Shown: positions 48,380 through 58,200 of the stretch, one piece after another
Layout of the letters: each line of letters starts with the position of its first letter
Position numbering within the stretch: position 1 is the stretch's first letter
DNA from: Minisyncoccia bacterium
Lineage (GTDB): Bacteria > Patescibacteriota > Minisyncoccia > Phycocordibacterales > UBA5272
Direction of reading: 5' to 3'
Length of the DNA stretch: 64,000 nucleotides
Assembly: GCA_038326985.1 (NCBI GenBank)
Contig: JBBQKQ010000002.1
Location: 2,978 to 66,977, forward strand
Notes under the pieces: generated by a model
The model's database searches: none
Told to the model about the DNA's origin: nothing
The model's input: only the letters and a program-made list of their open reading frames with translations
Position numbers and translations under genes: made by a program

Positions 48380-49717
48380 GTGAAAAAAATTTTGTTATTT
48401 TATTTTTTAATTGTGGTTATCTTTTCTTATCAACAAGTTTCAGCCTTTGGGAGTTTTGACTATCAAAACTTTTTCCAAAATTTTGGTCTTAATTCTTTTT
48501 TAAGAAATATAAACTTTGGAGAAAATATTTATAGACCTGTAACTAGAATTACAAGTCTTGTAATATCTACACCTTCAACTTCATCTCCAAATTTAAATGA
48601 AGAAAATGTTTTTTTACATATTGATAATAATGATACTAACAGAAATTACTCACCCACGACTTTTAATCCAAGAGCACTCGAGGAAAATAAAATAACTCCT
48701 AATTTTGCTCCTCAAACTACTCTTGAAAGACTCTTAAGCAGCTTGAGTCCTAATACTTCAAGCGGCACTACTCCCCAAATTACAGGGCTTCAGCAAAGTG
48801 AACCCGTCTCCAATACTTATGGACTTTTTGCAACCACAACCACTAATTCTTCAGTACAAGAACTAAGAAGAGTTGACCAAACTGGAATTGTCCAACCGAG
48901 TTCAGTTCCTAACGTTGATGCATCTCCAGCTTCAGGAGGACTTCTACCAAGCGATATTAATTTTAGTCTCCAAACTGCTATTCAAGCGGCTTTTAGAAAT
49001 TTTCCTGCAACTGGACCAGTTAACCCTGCTATTTGGGATGGTAATCCACTTACAAGACCCAACCAATTACTGGCGTCGACTTCACTTATTGAAATGAACA
49101 GACCAACTTTTAGAGTTGCACTAGGAAGTTCTACTGATGTTATAAATAGTTTACAAGATGGAAGATTTACAATACTCCCTGATAATTGGTTGAAAACTAA
49201 AGCTACAAACTTTGGTTTGACAGTAAATGGTGGAGCAGATACTGGACTGGTAAATTTTGCTTTGGGTTGTCCAACGTCTATGAGTGGTTTTTCCAGAGGA
49301 GGGGTGAGGGTTTGTAACCAAAGTACATGTGTAGTCGGAATACCACCAGACGTAATGGACTATTATTTTGGAAAAACAACTTGGAATAGACCTCGCTGGG
49401 CACCATACCCCGCAGGTGAAAATGCTCAGTCTATTTTGACTCTTTATAGAAGAATTGCCGGTACACCAATAGAAATAATAAACGAAAGAAATAACAGATG
49501 TACCGTTGTTCCACTTTGGGAAACAGGTCCATCAAAAAGCGAATGTGCAGGAAAGGGTTGCGGAATAGATCTGACTTATTGTGTGAAAGTTGTTCTACTT
49601 GAAAACAGGGAAGGGAGAACTCCCGTAAGGTATAGACCAGTACCTCAGGGGAAACGAGGTTGCGAAGGTTTTCAATATATTCAAGCACCGGTAAACACTT
49701 TACCAGAAAGAAGATAA
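48380..49717 (+). CDS. Hypothetical secreted protein: Ser/Thr/Pro/Asn-rich N-terminal half and Cys-rich C-terminal half
   Basis: Signal peptide ending VSAFG. A low-complexity region. Ten or more Cys in the C-terminal 170 aa (GCPTSMSG...CNQSTC...CAGKGCGIDLTYC). Confidence 0.4.
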   Translation: MKKILLFYFLIVVIFSYQQVSAFGSFDYQNFFQNFGLNSFLRNINFGENIYRPVTRITSLVISTPSTSSPNLNEENVFLHIDNNDTNRNYSPTTFNPRALEENKITPNFAPQTTLERLLSSLSPNTSSGTTPQITGLQQSEPVSNTYGLFATTTTNSSVQELRRVDQTGIVQPSSVPNVDASPASGGLLPSDINFSLQTAIQAAFRNFPATGPVNPAIWDGNPLTRPNQLLASTSLIEMNRPTFRVALGSSTDVINSLQDGRFTILPDNWLKTKATNFGLTVNGGADTGLVNFALGCPTSMSGFSRGGVRVCNQSTCVVGIPPDVMDYYFGKTTWNRPRWAPYPAGENAQSILTLYRRIAGTPIEIINERNNRCTVVPLWETGPSKSECAGKGCGIDLTYCVKVVLLENREGRTPVRYRPVPQGKRGCEGFQYIQAPVNTLPERR

Positions 49718-49721
49718 ACTT

Positions 49722-50819
49722 ATGAAAAATAAAAAAGTATTTGTTGGACTAAGTGGAGGAGTAGACTCGAGTGTATCAGCATATTTATTAAAAAAATCTG
49801 GCTTTGATGTGACAGGAGTTTTTATAAAAGGTTGGCAACCAGATTGGATTCCTTGTACATGGATGTCAGATAGAATATCTGCAATGCGAACGGCTGCATA
49901 CTTGGATATTCCATTTATTACTCTTGATTTAGAAATGCAATACAAAAATAAAGTTGTGAGTTATTTACTTGAAGAATACGCAAAAGGGCACACTCCAAAT
50001 CCGGATATGCTTTGTAATAGAGAAATAAAATTTGGAAGTTTTTTAAATTGGAGTTTGAAAAATGGTGCCGACTATGTTGCCACTGGGCATTATGCACAAA
50101 ATTATAAAAATCAACTTTTAGAATCAATAGACAAAGAAAAAGATCAGAGTTATTTTTTATCACAGCTAACTCAAAAAGAGTTGCAACATATTTTATTTCC
50201 AGTAGGGCATTTGGTAAAAGCAGAAGTTCGAGGAATTGCAGCTCAAGCAAAATTGCCTGTTGCAACTAGAAAAGACTCTCAAGGAATATGCTTTGTAGGA
50301 GACTTATCAATGAAAGAATTCTTAAAACGAGAACTTAAGCCAGAAAAGGGAAATGTTGAGAACGTAGATGGGGAAATAATTGGTGAACACGATGGGGCTA
50401 TACTTTACACTATCGGCGAAAGACATGGGTTTACTATAATTAACAATACTGAAAATCAAAAACAATTTTATGTTGTCAAAAAAGATGTTGAGAAAAATGT
50501 GATTGTGGTTTCAGACTCACCCCTAACCCCTCTCCTTCAGAGAGGGGAAGAGAACAAAAAAGAAAAATTTATATATTTAAATGATTTTTCTTTTACACAA
50601 AATATTGATGAGGTGCAAAATAGCAAAAATTTATCTATAAGAATTCGCTATAGAGGTGCAAAAGTCGCAGTAAAATTTATTTCTTATAATGTATCTGAAA
50701 ATATAGTTGTGGTTGAGACTGAAGACAATTTAGTTTTTGATTTTGGACAATTTGGGGTTTTATATGACCGTGAAAGATGTCTGGGTGGTGGAGTAATTTC
50801 TACAAATGTGGTAGAATAA
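49722..50819 (+). CDS. mnmA: tRNA-specific 2-thiouridylase
   Basis: PP-loop VFVGLSGGVDSSVSAYLL, catalytic Cys region DMLCNREIKFG, and GHYAQ. Carries in-frame repeat copy h. Confidence 0.85.
   Translation: MKNKKVFVGLSGGVDSSVSAYLLKKSGFDVTGVFIKGWQPDWIPCTWMSDRISAMRTAAYLDIPFITLDLEMQYKNKVVSYLLEEYAKGHTPNPDMLCNREIKFGSFLNWSLKNGADYVATGHYAQNYKNQLLESIDKEKDQSYFLSQLTQKELQHILFPVGHLVKAEVRGIAAQAKLPVATRKDSQGICFVGDLSMKEFLKRELKPEKGNVENVDGEIIGEHDGAILYTIGERHGFTIINNTENQKQFYVVKKDVEKNVIVVSDSPLTPLLQRGEENKKEKFIYLNDFSFTQNIDEVQNSKNLSIRIRYRGAKVAVKFISYNVSENIVVVETEDNLVFDFGQFGVLYDRERCLGGGVISTNVVE
50525..50566 (+). repeat. Palindromic repeat subfamily-2 copy h, in-frame in mnmA
   Basis: GACTCACCCCTAACCCCTCTCCTTCAGAGAGGGGAAGAGAAC, translated as DSPLTPLLQRGEEN. 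It shares the CCCTAACCC head and GAAGAGAAC tail with copy g. Confidence 0.75.
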
Positions 50820-50839
50820 ACAAGTCTAAAAAATTAGAC

Positions 50840-50920
50840 GCCCGGGTGGTGGAATGGTAGACACGAAGGACTTAAAATCCTTTGACGCAAGTTGTGTGGG
50901 TTCGAGTCCCACCCCGGGCA
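50840..50920 (+). tRNA. tRNA-Leu (anticodon TAA), type II, no encoded CCA
   Basis: Hand fold: acceptor GCCCGGG/CCCGGGC, D stem GTG/CAC, anticodon stem AAGGA/TCCTT with loop CTTAAAA, long variable arm, T stem GTGGG/CCCAC with loop TTCGAGT. Confidence 0.75.
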
Positions 50921-50922
50921 CT

Positions 50923-50994
50923 GGTGTCGTGGTGAAGCGGTAACACTGCGGTCTGCAAAACCGCCATGCGCGAGTTCGATCCTCGCCGGCACCT
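50923..50994 (+). tRNA. tRNA-Cys (anticodon GCA), no encoded CCA, 2 nt after tRNA-Leu
   Basis: Hand fold: acceptor GGTGTCG/CGGCACC (one G-U), D stem GTG/CAC, anticodon stem GCGGT/ACCGC with loop CTGCAAA, T stem GCGAG/CTCGC with loop TTCGATC. Confidence 0.7.
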
Positions 50995-51028
50995 CTAATG
51001 GAATTAAATTTTATGATATACTTTTTCT

Positions 51029-51550
51029 ATGATGCAAATCTTAAAAGTGTTTCTAGGAATAGTTTTTGGCCTATTACTAATTTATATTGTTATAATTATT
51101 TTTAGGGCAGTTTTTTTAACTGGTGTTTCTACTGTGAGTACAGTGTCAAACGATGTTTCTCCAGCGAAAAACGTAGTTACTACGGCAAAAAGGTTTTCGT
51201 GGCAAGATTTTGTAAATTATTGGAGGTTGCCTATTGCTCCAGTGACTATTGTTCCAAATATTACTTCAAGTGTGTATTACTCCACACAAGAGGAACAAAA
51301 TTATAAATACCAAAATTTAAACAATGCCGACTCTCCAGATAACCACCCTACAGATTGGGCACCGGTGGATCAGAGACCTTTCGACGAAAGATGGGGATTG
51401 CAAAACAAAAATCAGAACTATCAACAAAACTTTAATGGAAACCTTTACGAAAATTTACCAGTTCAAAAATACTTTAATCATAACTTTCCTCAATTAAAAC
51501 TCCTTTTCCCAAGCCGAGCATTAATGTATCCTAATTATCAAAACTATTAA
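51029..51550 (+). CDS. Hypothetical membrane-anchored protein with an Asn/Gln/Tyr-rich low-complexity (prion-like) C-terminal half
   Basis: N-terminal TM helix, then QNYKYQNLNN...QNKNQNYQQNFNGNLYENLPVQKYFNHNFPQ...YPNYQNY. Confidence 0.35.
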   Translation: MMQILKVFLGIVFGLLLIYIVIIIFRAVFLTGVSTVSTVSNDVSPAKNVVTTAKRFSWQDFVNYWRLPIAPVTIVPNITSSVYYSTQEEQNYKYQNLNNADSPDNHPTDWAPVDQRPFDERWGLQNKNQNYQQNFNGNLYENLPVQKYFNHNFPQLKLLFPSRALMYPNYQNY

Positions 51551-51593
51551 TACCTACTTGCAATTATTTTAAATAATGTTATTATTGTAATTG

Positions 51594-51720
51594 CTGGGTG
51601 GGGGTCCCCCCCGATGACCCACCTAGCGCATGCTGCTGCATCGCCCTACGCAGCAGCAGAGTGGTCCGAACTCCTGGAAGATTAGAGCTATTAAGCTCTC
51701 ATCCAGGGGTTCGGCCATTT
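51594..51720 (+). ncRNA. Candidate structured small RNA or complex terminator: ~125 nt, ~60% GC, three hairpins, ending in a terminator-like stem plus T-tract
   Basis: H1: GGTGGG...CCCACC around a C7 run. H2: TGCTGCTGC-atcgccctac-GCAGCAGCA (9 bp). H3: a 14 bp interrupted stem GGtCCGAACTCCTGG...CCAGGGGTTCGGCC enclosing AGAGCT-atta-AGCTCT, followed by ATTTCTCTTTGCATTTTT. It lies between the stop at 51550 and the rpoB promoter. Confidence 0.3.
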
Positions 51721-51724
51721 CTCT

Positions 51725-51752
51725 TTGCATTTTTAGAATTTTGTGTTATAAT
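51725..51752 (+). promoter_or_regulatory. rpoB promoter: TTGCAT, 16 nt spacer, TGtTATAAT
   Basis: TTGCAT 51725-30 and an extended -10 TGTTATAAT ending at 51752, with an ~85 nt leader to the rpoB ATG. Confidence 0.45.
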
Positions 51753-51837
51753 CCGCGGCAACGAATGAGTTCCGACAAGTGTAAAAAAGTGCGAGATATT
51801 TTAATAAAAAGAAGGGTAAATTAATTTAATCATTCAT

Positions 51838-54800
51838 ATGACTACAAAAGTAATTCAAAAGTACTTTTCGAAATTCCGCGCTCCACTTGTTGAAGTTCCA
51901 AATCTAGTTGAAAACCAAATAAATTCTTATAACCTTTTTCTAAAAGAGGGTTTTGGAAATGTTTTGAGAGAGTTTACTCCTATTTCTGATTACTCAGGAA
52001 AAAAGTTTGATTTAGAAATTGTTAAATTTGAAATTGGAGATGCTAAGATGACTGAAATGGAGGCTAAAATGAAAAAGCAAACATTTGAAGCTCCAATACG
52101 TGCAACTTTTAAATTAAAAAACAAACTTCTTAATACCGAAAAAACTCAGGAGCTCTTTTTGGCTGACATGCCACTTATGACTGACCATGGTACTTTTATA
52201 ATTAATGGAATTGAGCGTGTAATTGTTTCTCAACTTATTAGATCATACGGAGTTTTCATATCAAGTGAAGAAGCTAAAGGGAAAGAATACTACGGTGCAA
52301 AAATTATTCCAGCTCGAGGAGTGTGGATAGAAATGCAAACTACTAACGACAATGAGATAGTAGTAAGAATTGACAAAAAAAGAAAATTTTCAATTATTAC
52401 ACTTTTACGAGCTTTTGGATATAAAACCGATGTTGAACTTTTGGGAGCATTTAAAGGTGATAAATCTCGCGCTTATATAAAAGCACTTTTAAAAACTGAC
52501 CCAATTAAAAACCAAGAAGATGCCTACGTAGAACTTTATAAAAAAGTTCGTGATGGAGATTTGGCTTCAGCTGATAATGCCAAAGAATATTTTGCATCTA
52601 TTTTTGATAAGGCAAGATATGACTTTTCACTTGTTGGAAGATTTAGATTTAATAAACGTTTTGGCCTTCCTTTAGAAGGAAAAGACCTTGATAGAAAAAC
52701 TTTTTCTAAAGAAGATTTGGCTATGGTTGTGGAGTCAATAATTAATTCTAATGAAAACATAGAAGCTATTCCAGATGATATTGACCACTTAGGATCTCGA
52801 AGAGTAAGATTTGTGGGTGAAATAATTGAAGGAAGAATTCGAACAGGAATGATCCAAGTAAAAAGAAATATCCAAGATCGTATGTCGGTAGTTGATGGAG
52901 ACACAACACTTCCAACAAATATTGTAAATCAGCGACCTTTACAAGCTCGTATCAAAGAGTTTTTTGCTACCAACCAACTTTCACAGTTCATGAACCAAGA
53001 TAATCTTCTTGGAGAAATTGAGCACTTAAGAACACTTTCTGCCATGGGACCTGGAGGTTTAAACTCTGAGCGTGCTTCATTTGAAGTTCGTGACGTGCAC
53101 ACCTCTCACTACGGTAGAGTATGTCCAGTGCACACTCCAGAAGGTCATACTATTGGGCTAATTTTGCGTATGTCTACTTATGCTAAAGTAAATAATTTTG
53201 GAATTCTTGAAACCCCATACGTTGTGGTGAAAGATGGTAAGATAACAGGTAAAATAGTTTATTTAAATGCTCTGGAAGAAGAAGCTTATGTTATTGCTCA
53301 CCAAGGTTTAAACTACAATGACAAAGGAGTTATTACTGATGATTTTGTGCAAGCAAGAGTTCGAACTATACCGGGAATTATTTCTGCGGACCAAGTCCAA
53401 CTTGTAGAAGTTTCTACATTCCAACAATTCTCAGTGGCAACTTCTCTTATTCCATTCCTAGAACATGACGATGCGACTCGTGCGTCTTACGGTGCAAACA
53501 TGCAGAAACAAGCAACTCCGGTTATTATTCCAGAGCTTCCAATTGTTGCCTCAGGACTAGAAAGTGAATATGCAAAATATACAGGAAGATTGGTTTATGC
53601 ACCGGCAAACGGAGAAATAGTTTTTGCAGATGCCAACAAAATAGAATTTATTGCTGATACTGATAAAGGAAACAATAAAAAGAAAATCACTTATCCTTTG
53701 CTTTCATTCCAAAGAACAAACCAATTTACAAATTTCCACCAAAGACCAGTCGTTAGAAATGGTGAAAAAGTAAAGAAGGGGCAAATTATGGTTGACGTTT
53801 CTACTTCAGATCGAGGGCAAATTGCTCTTGGACAAAATGTATTGGTAGCTTTCATGACTTGGAATGGAAATAACTTTGAAGATGCGATTATTCTTTCAGA
53901 AAGGTTAGTTAGAAATAAGAAGTTTACTAGTATTCATATTGAGGAGTTTGTATGTTTAGTTCGTGAGACAAAACTAGGACCAGAAAACACTACTTGCGAT
54001 ATTCCAAATGTTTCTGAAAACAGACTGAAGGATTTGGATGCCAATGGAATTATCCGAATGGGTGCAGAGGTTGAGCCGGGAGATATTTTAGTAGGAAAGA
54101 TTACTCCAAAAGGAGAAACTGATCTTACTCCAGAAGAAAGACTACTTAGAAGTATTTTCGGAGAAAAAAGTAGAGAAGTAAAAGATACTTCAATGCGTGT
54201 TGAAAATGGAAAACGTGGACGTGTTATTGGGGTAAAAATATTTGATAGAAGTAAAGGTGACACTCTTGAAACTGGAATCTTAAAAAGAATTCACGTAGAA
54301 GTTGCACAGCTTAGAAATATTTCTGTTGGAGATAAGCTTGCTGGTAGACACGGAAACAAAGGTGTAATTTCAGTAGTGCTACCCGAAGAAGAAATGCCAT
54401 TTATGGCCGACGGTACTCCTATTGATATTGTACTTACTCCACTCGGTGTGCCATCACGTATGAACCTAGGACAAATATTGGAAATTCACCTTGGGCTTGC
54501 AGCTGACAAGCTTGGCTACCAAGCTGTAGTTCCACCTTTTCAAGGTGCGACTGCTGATGAAATTTCCCAAGAGCTTGTAAAAGCTGGATATCAGTCCAAT
54601 GGTAAAATGCCACTTTTCGATGGACAAACAGGTGAGAAATTTGAACAAGACATTGCGGTGGGTATCATGTATATTTTGAAACTTCACCACATGGTTGAAG
54701 ATAAAATTCACATGCGCTCTACTGGTCCATACTCGCTTATTACTCAGCAACCTCTTGGTGGACGTGCACAAGGTGGAGGACAAAGACTTGGAGAAATGGA

Positions 54801-55143
54801 AGTGTGGGCCTTGGAAGGTTATGGTGCAGCTCATACTTTAAGAGAAATGTTAACGGTAAAATCTGATGATATTATTGGGCGTACTCGTGCTTTTGATGCC
54901 ATCATCAAAGATGAACCAATGCCAGAACCAGGAATTCCAGCATCATTTAACGTACTTAAAAATACTCTTCGTGGTCTTGCCCTTGACGTGCAAATAACTG
55001 GTGGAGACAAAGAAGGAACAGATGATTATGCAAAACAAGAATATCTTAAACACAGAGGTGTTAATATTGACGAACAACTTGGAATGGATGAGGAAGATAT
55101 GGCAGATTTACACGAAGTTGATGAAGATGCAGAATTAAAATAA
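51838..55143 (+). CDS. rpoB: DNA-directed RNA polymerase beta subunit
   Basis: 1101 aa. Conserved beta regions, e.g. GDKLAGRHGNKGV, PFMADGTP and NLGQILE. Confidence 0.95.
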   Translation: MTTKVIQKYFSKFRAPLVEVPNLVENQINSYNLFLKEGFGNVLREFTPISDYSGKKFDLEIVKFEIGDAKMTEMEAKMKKQTFEAPIRATFKLKNKLLNTEKTQELFLADMPLMTDHGTFIINGIERVIVSQLIRSYGVFISSEEAKGKEYYGAKIIPARGVWIEMQTTNDNEIVVRIDKKRKFSIITLLRAFGYKTDVELLGAFKGDKSRAYIKALLKTDPIKNQEDAYVELYKKVRDGDLASADNAKEYFASIFDKARYDFSLVGRFRFNKRFGLPLEGKDLDRKTFSKEDLAMVVESIINSNENIEAIPDDIDHLGSRRVRFVGEIIEGRIRTGMIQVKRNIQDRMSVVDGDTTLPTNIVNQRPLQARIKEFFATNQLSQFMNQDNLLGEIEHLRTLSAMGPGGLNSERASFEVRDVHTSHYGRVCPVHTPEGHTIGLILRMSTYAKVNNFGILETPYVVVKDGKITGKIVYLNALEEEAYVIAHQGLNYNDKGVITDDFVQARVRTIPGIISADQVQLVEVSTFQQFSVATSLIPFLEHDDATRASYGANMQKQATPVIIPELPIVASGLESEYAKYTGRLVYAPANGEIVFADANKIEFIADTDKGNNKKKITYPLLSFQRTNQFTNFHQRPVVRNGEKVKKGQIMVDVSTSDRGQIALGQNVLVAFMTWNGNNFEDAIILSERLVRNKKFTSIHIEEFVCLVRETKLGPENTTCDIPNVSENRLKDLDANGIIRMGAEVEPGDILVGKITPKGETDLTPEERLLRSIFGEKSREVKDTSMRVENGKRGRVIGVKIFDRSKGDTLETGILKRIHVEVAQLRNISVGDKLAGRHGNKGVISVVLPEEEMPFMADGTPIDIVLTPLGVPSRMNLGQILEIHLGLAADKLGYQAVVPPFQGATADEISQELVKAGYQSNGKMPLFDGQTGEKFEQDIAVGIMYILKLHHMVEDKIHMRSTGPYSLITQQPLGGRAQGGGQRLGEMEVWALEGYGAAHTLREMLTVKSDDIIGRTRAFDAIIKDEPMPEPGIPASFNVLKNTLRGLALDVQITGGDKEGTDDYAKQEYLKHRGVNIDEQLGMDEEDMADLHEVDEDAELK

Positions 55144-55235
55144 TAAATTTTTTCAAAACAAAACTCCTTAAACAAAAAAAATTTGTATCAGGCAAATTAA
55201 AATAAACTGGCTTCAGTGCACATTACAAGTTACAA

Positions 55236-55270
55236 AACCCCTCCTAACCTCCCCTTGATTAAGGTGAGGA
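55236..55270 (+). repeat. Palindromic repeat copy e in the rpoB-rpoC spacer, or in-frame at the extreme rpoC N-terminus if the 55216 start is used
   Basis: AACCCCTCCTAACCTCCCCTTGATTAAGGTGAGGA, translated in the 55216 frame as TPPNLPLIKVRN. Confidence 0.7.
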
Positions 55271-55284
55271 ACGGGCAAATAAAT

Positions 55285-58200
55285 ATGCAAACATTTAACA
55301 AAAAAATAATTAGAAATAATTTTAAAGAAATTGGACTACGAATAGCTTCACCTGCTCGTATTAAAGAATGGTCATATGGAGAAATCTTGAAACCAGAAAC
55401 TATTAACTACCGAACAGGAAAATCTGAACGAGGTGGACTTTTTGACGAGCGAGTTTTTGGACCAACAAAAAGTTTTGAATGTTATTGTGGAAAATATAAA
55501 CGAATTCGTTATAAAGACATTATTTGTGAAAAATGTGGAGTGCAAGTAACTGACTCCATAGTTCGTCGTGAAAGAATGGGGCATATTGAGCTTGCAACTC
55601 CTGTTTCTCATATTTGGTATTTGAAAGGGACTATTCCTGCCCCACTTCCATTATTTTTGGGTATTCAAGCTTCTCAACTTGAAAAAGTTATTTATTTTGC
55701 AGGTTACATTATCCAAAACGTAAATGAAGTTGAAAAAGCAAAACTTTTAAAAGATCTTGATGGAGAATTTAAAGATAAGCTAGGAAATGCAGCAGACGAA
55801 GCCACAAAAGAAAAACTGCGAGAGTTAATGATGACTGCCAAAGAAGAAATAAAGAACCTCTCCTCTTGGCAAGTTTTGGATGAAGTTACATATAATAAAT
55901 ATTCTGCCAGATATGGAAATGTTTTTGAAGCAGGGATTGGAGCTGAAGCAGTTTACAATATTTTAAAAAATTTAAACCTTCAAGAATTTATAAAAACTCT
56001 TGAAGTAGCGCTTTCAAATGCTGGAAGTGTTGAAAGAGAAAAACTTCAAAAAAGACTATCACTTGTAAGAGGAATGAACGAAGCCGATATCCGCCCAGAA
56101 TGGATGTTTATAAAAACTATGCCAGTTATACCTCCAGGGTTACGACCAATGGTTGCGCTTGAAGGTGGACGACACGCAACTTCAGATGTGAATGATCTTT
56201 ACCGAAGAGTTATAAACAGAAACAATCGTCTTAAAAAATTAATGGCAATAGGTGCTCCTGAAGTAATTTTGCGAAATGAAAAACGTATTTTACAAGAAGC
56301 TTGCGATTCACTTTTTGACAATACAGCACGAGGAAGTAAAGAAATGGCAATGAACGCGACACAACGCCGACAATTAAAATCTCTTGCGGACAACCTGCAA
56401 GGAAAACAAGGAATGCTTCGTCAAAACCTTCTTGGAAAGCGTGTAGACTATTCAGCGCGTTCAGTGATTGTTGTTGGTCCAAGACTAAATTTGAATCAAT
56501 GTGGTCTTCCAAAACATATGGCGCTTGAGCTGTTTAAACCATTCATTATCTCTAAACTTTTAGGAAGAGAATTGGCATTTAACATAAAATCTGCAAATAA
56601 ACTTATAGAAGAAGGAGACCCAGATGTTTGGTCAATATTGGAAGAGGTTATTGAAGGAAAATATGTATTGTTAAACCGTGCACCAACACTTCACCGTCTT
56701 GGTATGCAAGCCTTTATGGTTAAACTTGTAGAAGGAAACGCTATCCAACTCCACCCACTTGTTTGTCCCGCGTTTAACGCAGACTTCGACGGTGACCAAA
56801 TGGCTGTTCACTTACCTCTCGGTGAGGAGTCTCAAATGGAAGCCAGAGAAATCATGGCTGCACAAAAAAATATCTTAAAACCAGGAGATGGGGTACCTTC
56901 TTTCTTTGGAAAGCTTCTAGATCTAGTTTTGGGAGTGTTTTGGATGACAACTATTTTAGAAGAAGACAATAAAACTCCTCAATATTTTTCTTCACCAAAT
57001 GAGGCAATACTTGCTCATGAAAATGGGGTAGTGAGTTTCCGAAATAAAATAATTGTTCTCCCAACAGGATCTGTAAGATATACAAAGTTTGCAGGAAAAA
57101 CTTTCGAGACCACAGTTGGAAGACTTTTGTTTAACTCGGTACTTCCAAATGATTACGAATTCATCAACCAAACTTTAGAACAAAAAAGTTTGAAAAAACT
57201 TTTCGAGGATGTAATTGATAGATATGGAATTGAAAATTCTTGGGTTATTTTTGATCGTGTTAAAAACTTTGCATTCGAATATGCAACAAAATCTGGTGTG
57301 ACATTTGGTTTGTACGATGTAGAAACTCCAGTTGAAAAGGCGTCTCTTGTTGCGGAAGCTAATAAACTTGTAAAAGAAGTTGAAAATAACTTTAACGAAG
57401 GTTTCTTGTCAGATGAGGAAAGATATAAAAAAATTATTGAAATTTGGTCATCTACAAAAACTCGAATTGAAAAATCTTTGCGTGGTGCGTTTAAAGCTGG
57501 CAACCCAATTAAAGACATGGCAGAGTCTGGAGCTCGTGGAAACTATGGTCAGCTAAACCAAATGGCGGGTATGAAAGGTCTTATTCAAAACAACACTGGT
57601 CGTACACTTGATTTTCCGATTATTTCTTCATATAAAGAAGGACTATCACCGATTGAATATTTCGTAACTTCATATGGTGCACGTAAAGGTGGTTCAGATA
57701 CAGCACTTAAAACAGCTCAAGCAGGGTACTTTACTCGTAAACTTGTAGATGTTGCTCAAGATACAATTATCACTGAAGAAGATTGTGGGTCAGAGAATTT
57801 CAAAAATGTTTCAACACAAAACTTAGGAGGAATAGAAATTCCACTTTGGAAAACTATTTGGGGAAGAATATTAGCTGCCGATGTTGTACATGAAGGAAAA
57901 ACGCTTTACAAAAAAGGTGAAATGTTGAAACAATTTGAAGCAAAAGAAATTGATGCTGCGGGTGTTAAAACTGTTTCAATTAGAACCCCACTTACATGTA
58001 TTGCCGAGCGTGGACTATGTCAAAAATGTTATGGACTTGATATGGGTCGTGGAAATTTGGTGCGTCTAGGTGAAGCAGTAGGAATTGTGGCCGCTCAAGC
58101 GATTGGCGAGCCAGGAACACAGCTAACTATGCGTACTTTCCACTCAGGTGGAGTGGCAGGTGTCGATATTACTCAAGGTCTTCCTCGTGTAACAGAACTT

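Noticed and set aside
55216-55284. Treating 55216 as the definitive rpoC start
   Set aside because: The canonical beta' N-terminus is complete from 55285. The extra 23 aa would consist largely of the translated palindromic repeat. Kept as an alternative rather than the primary call.
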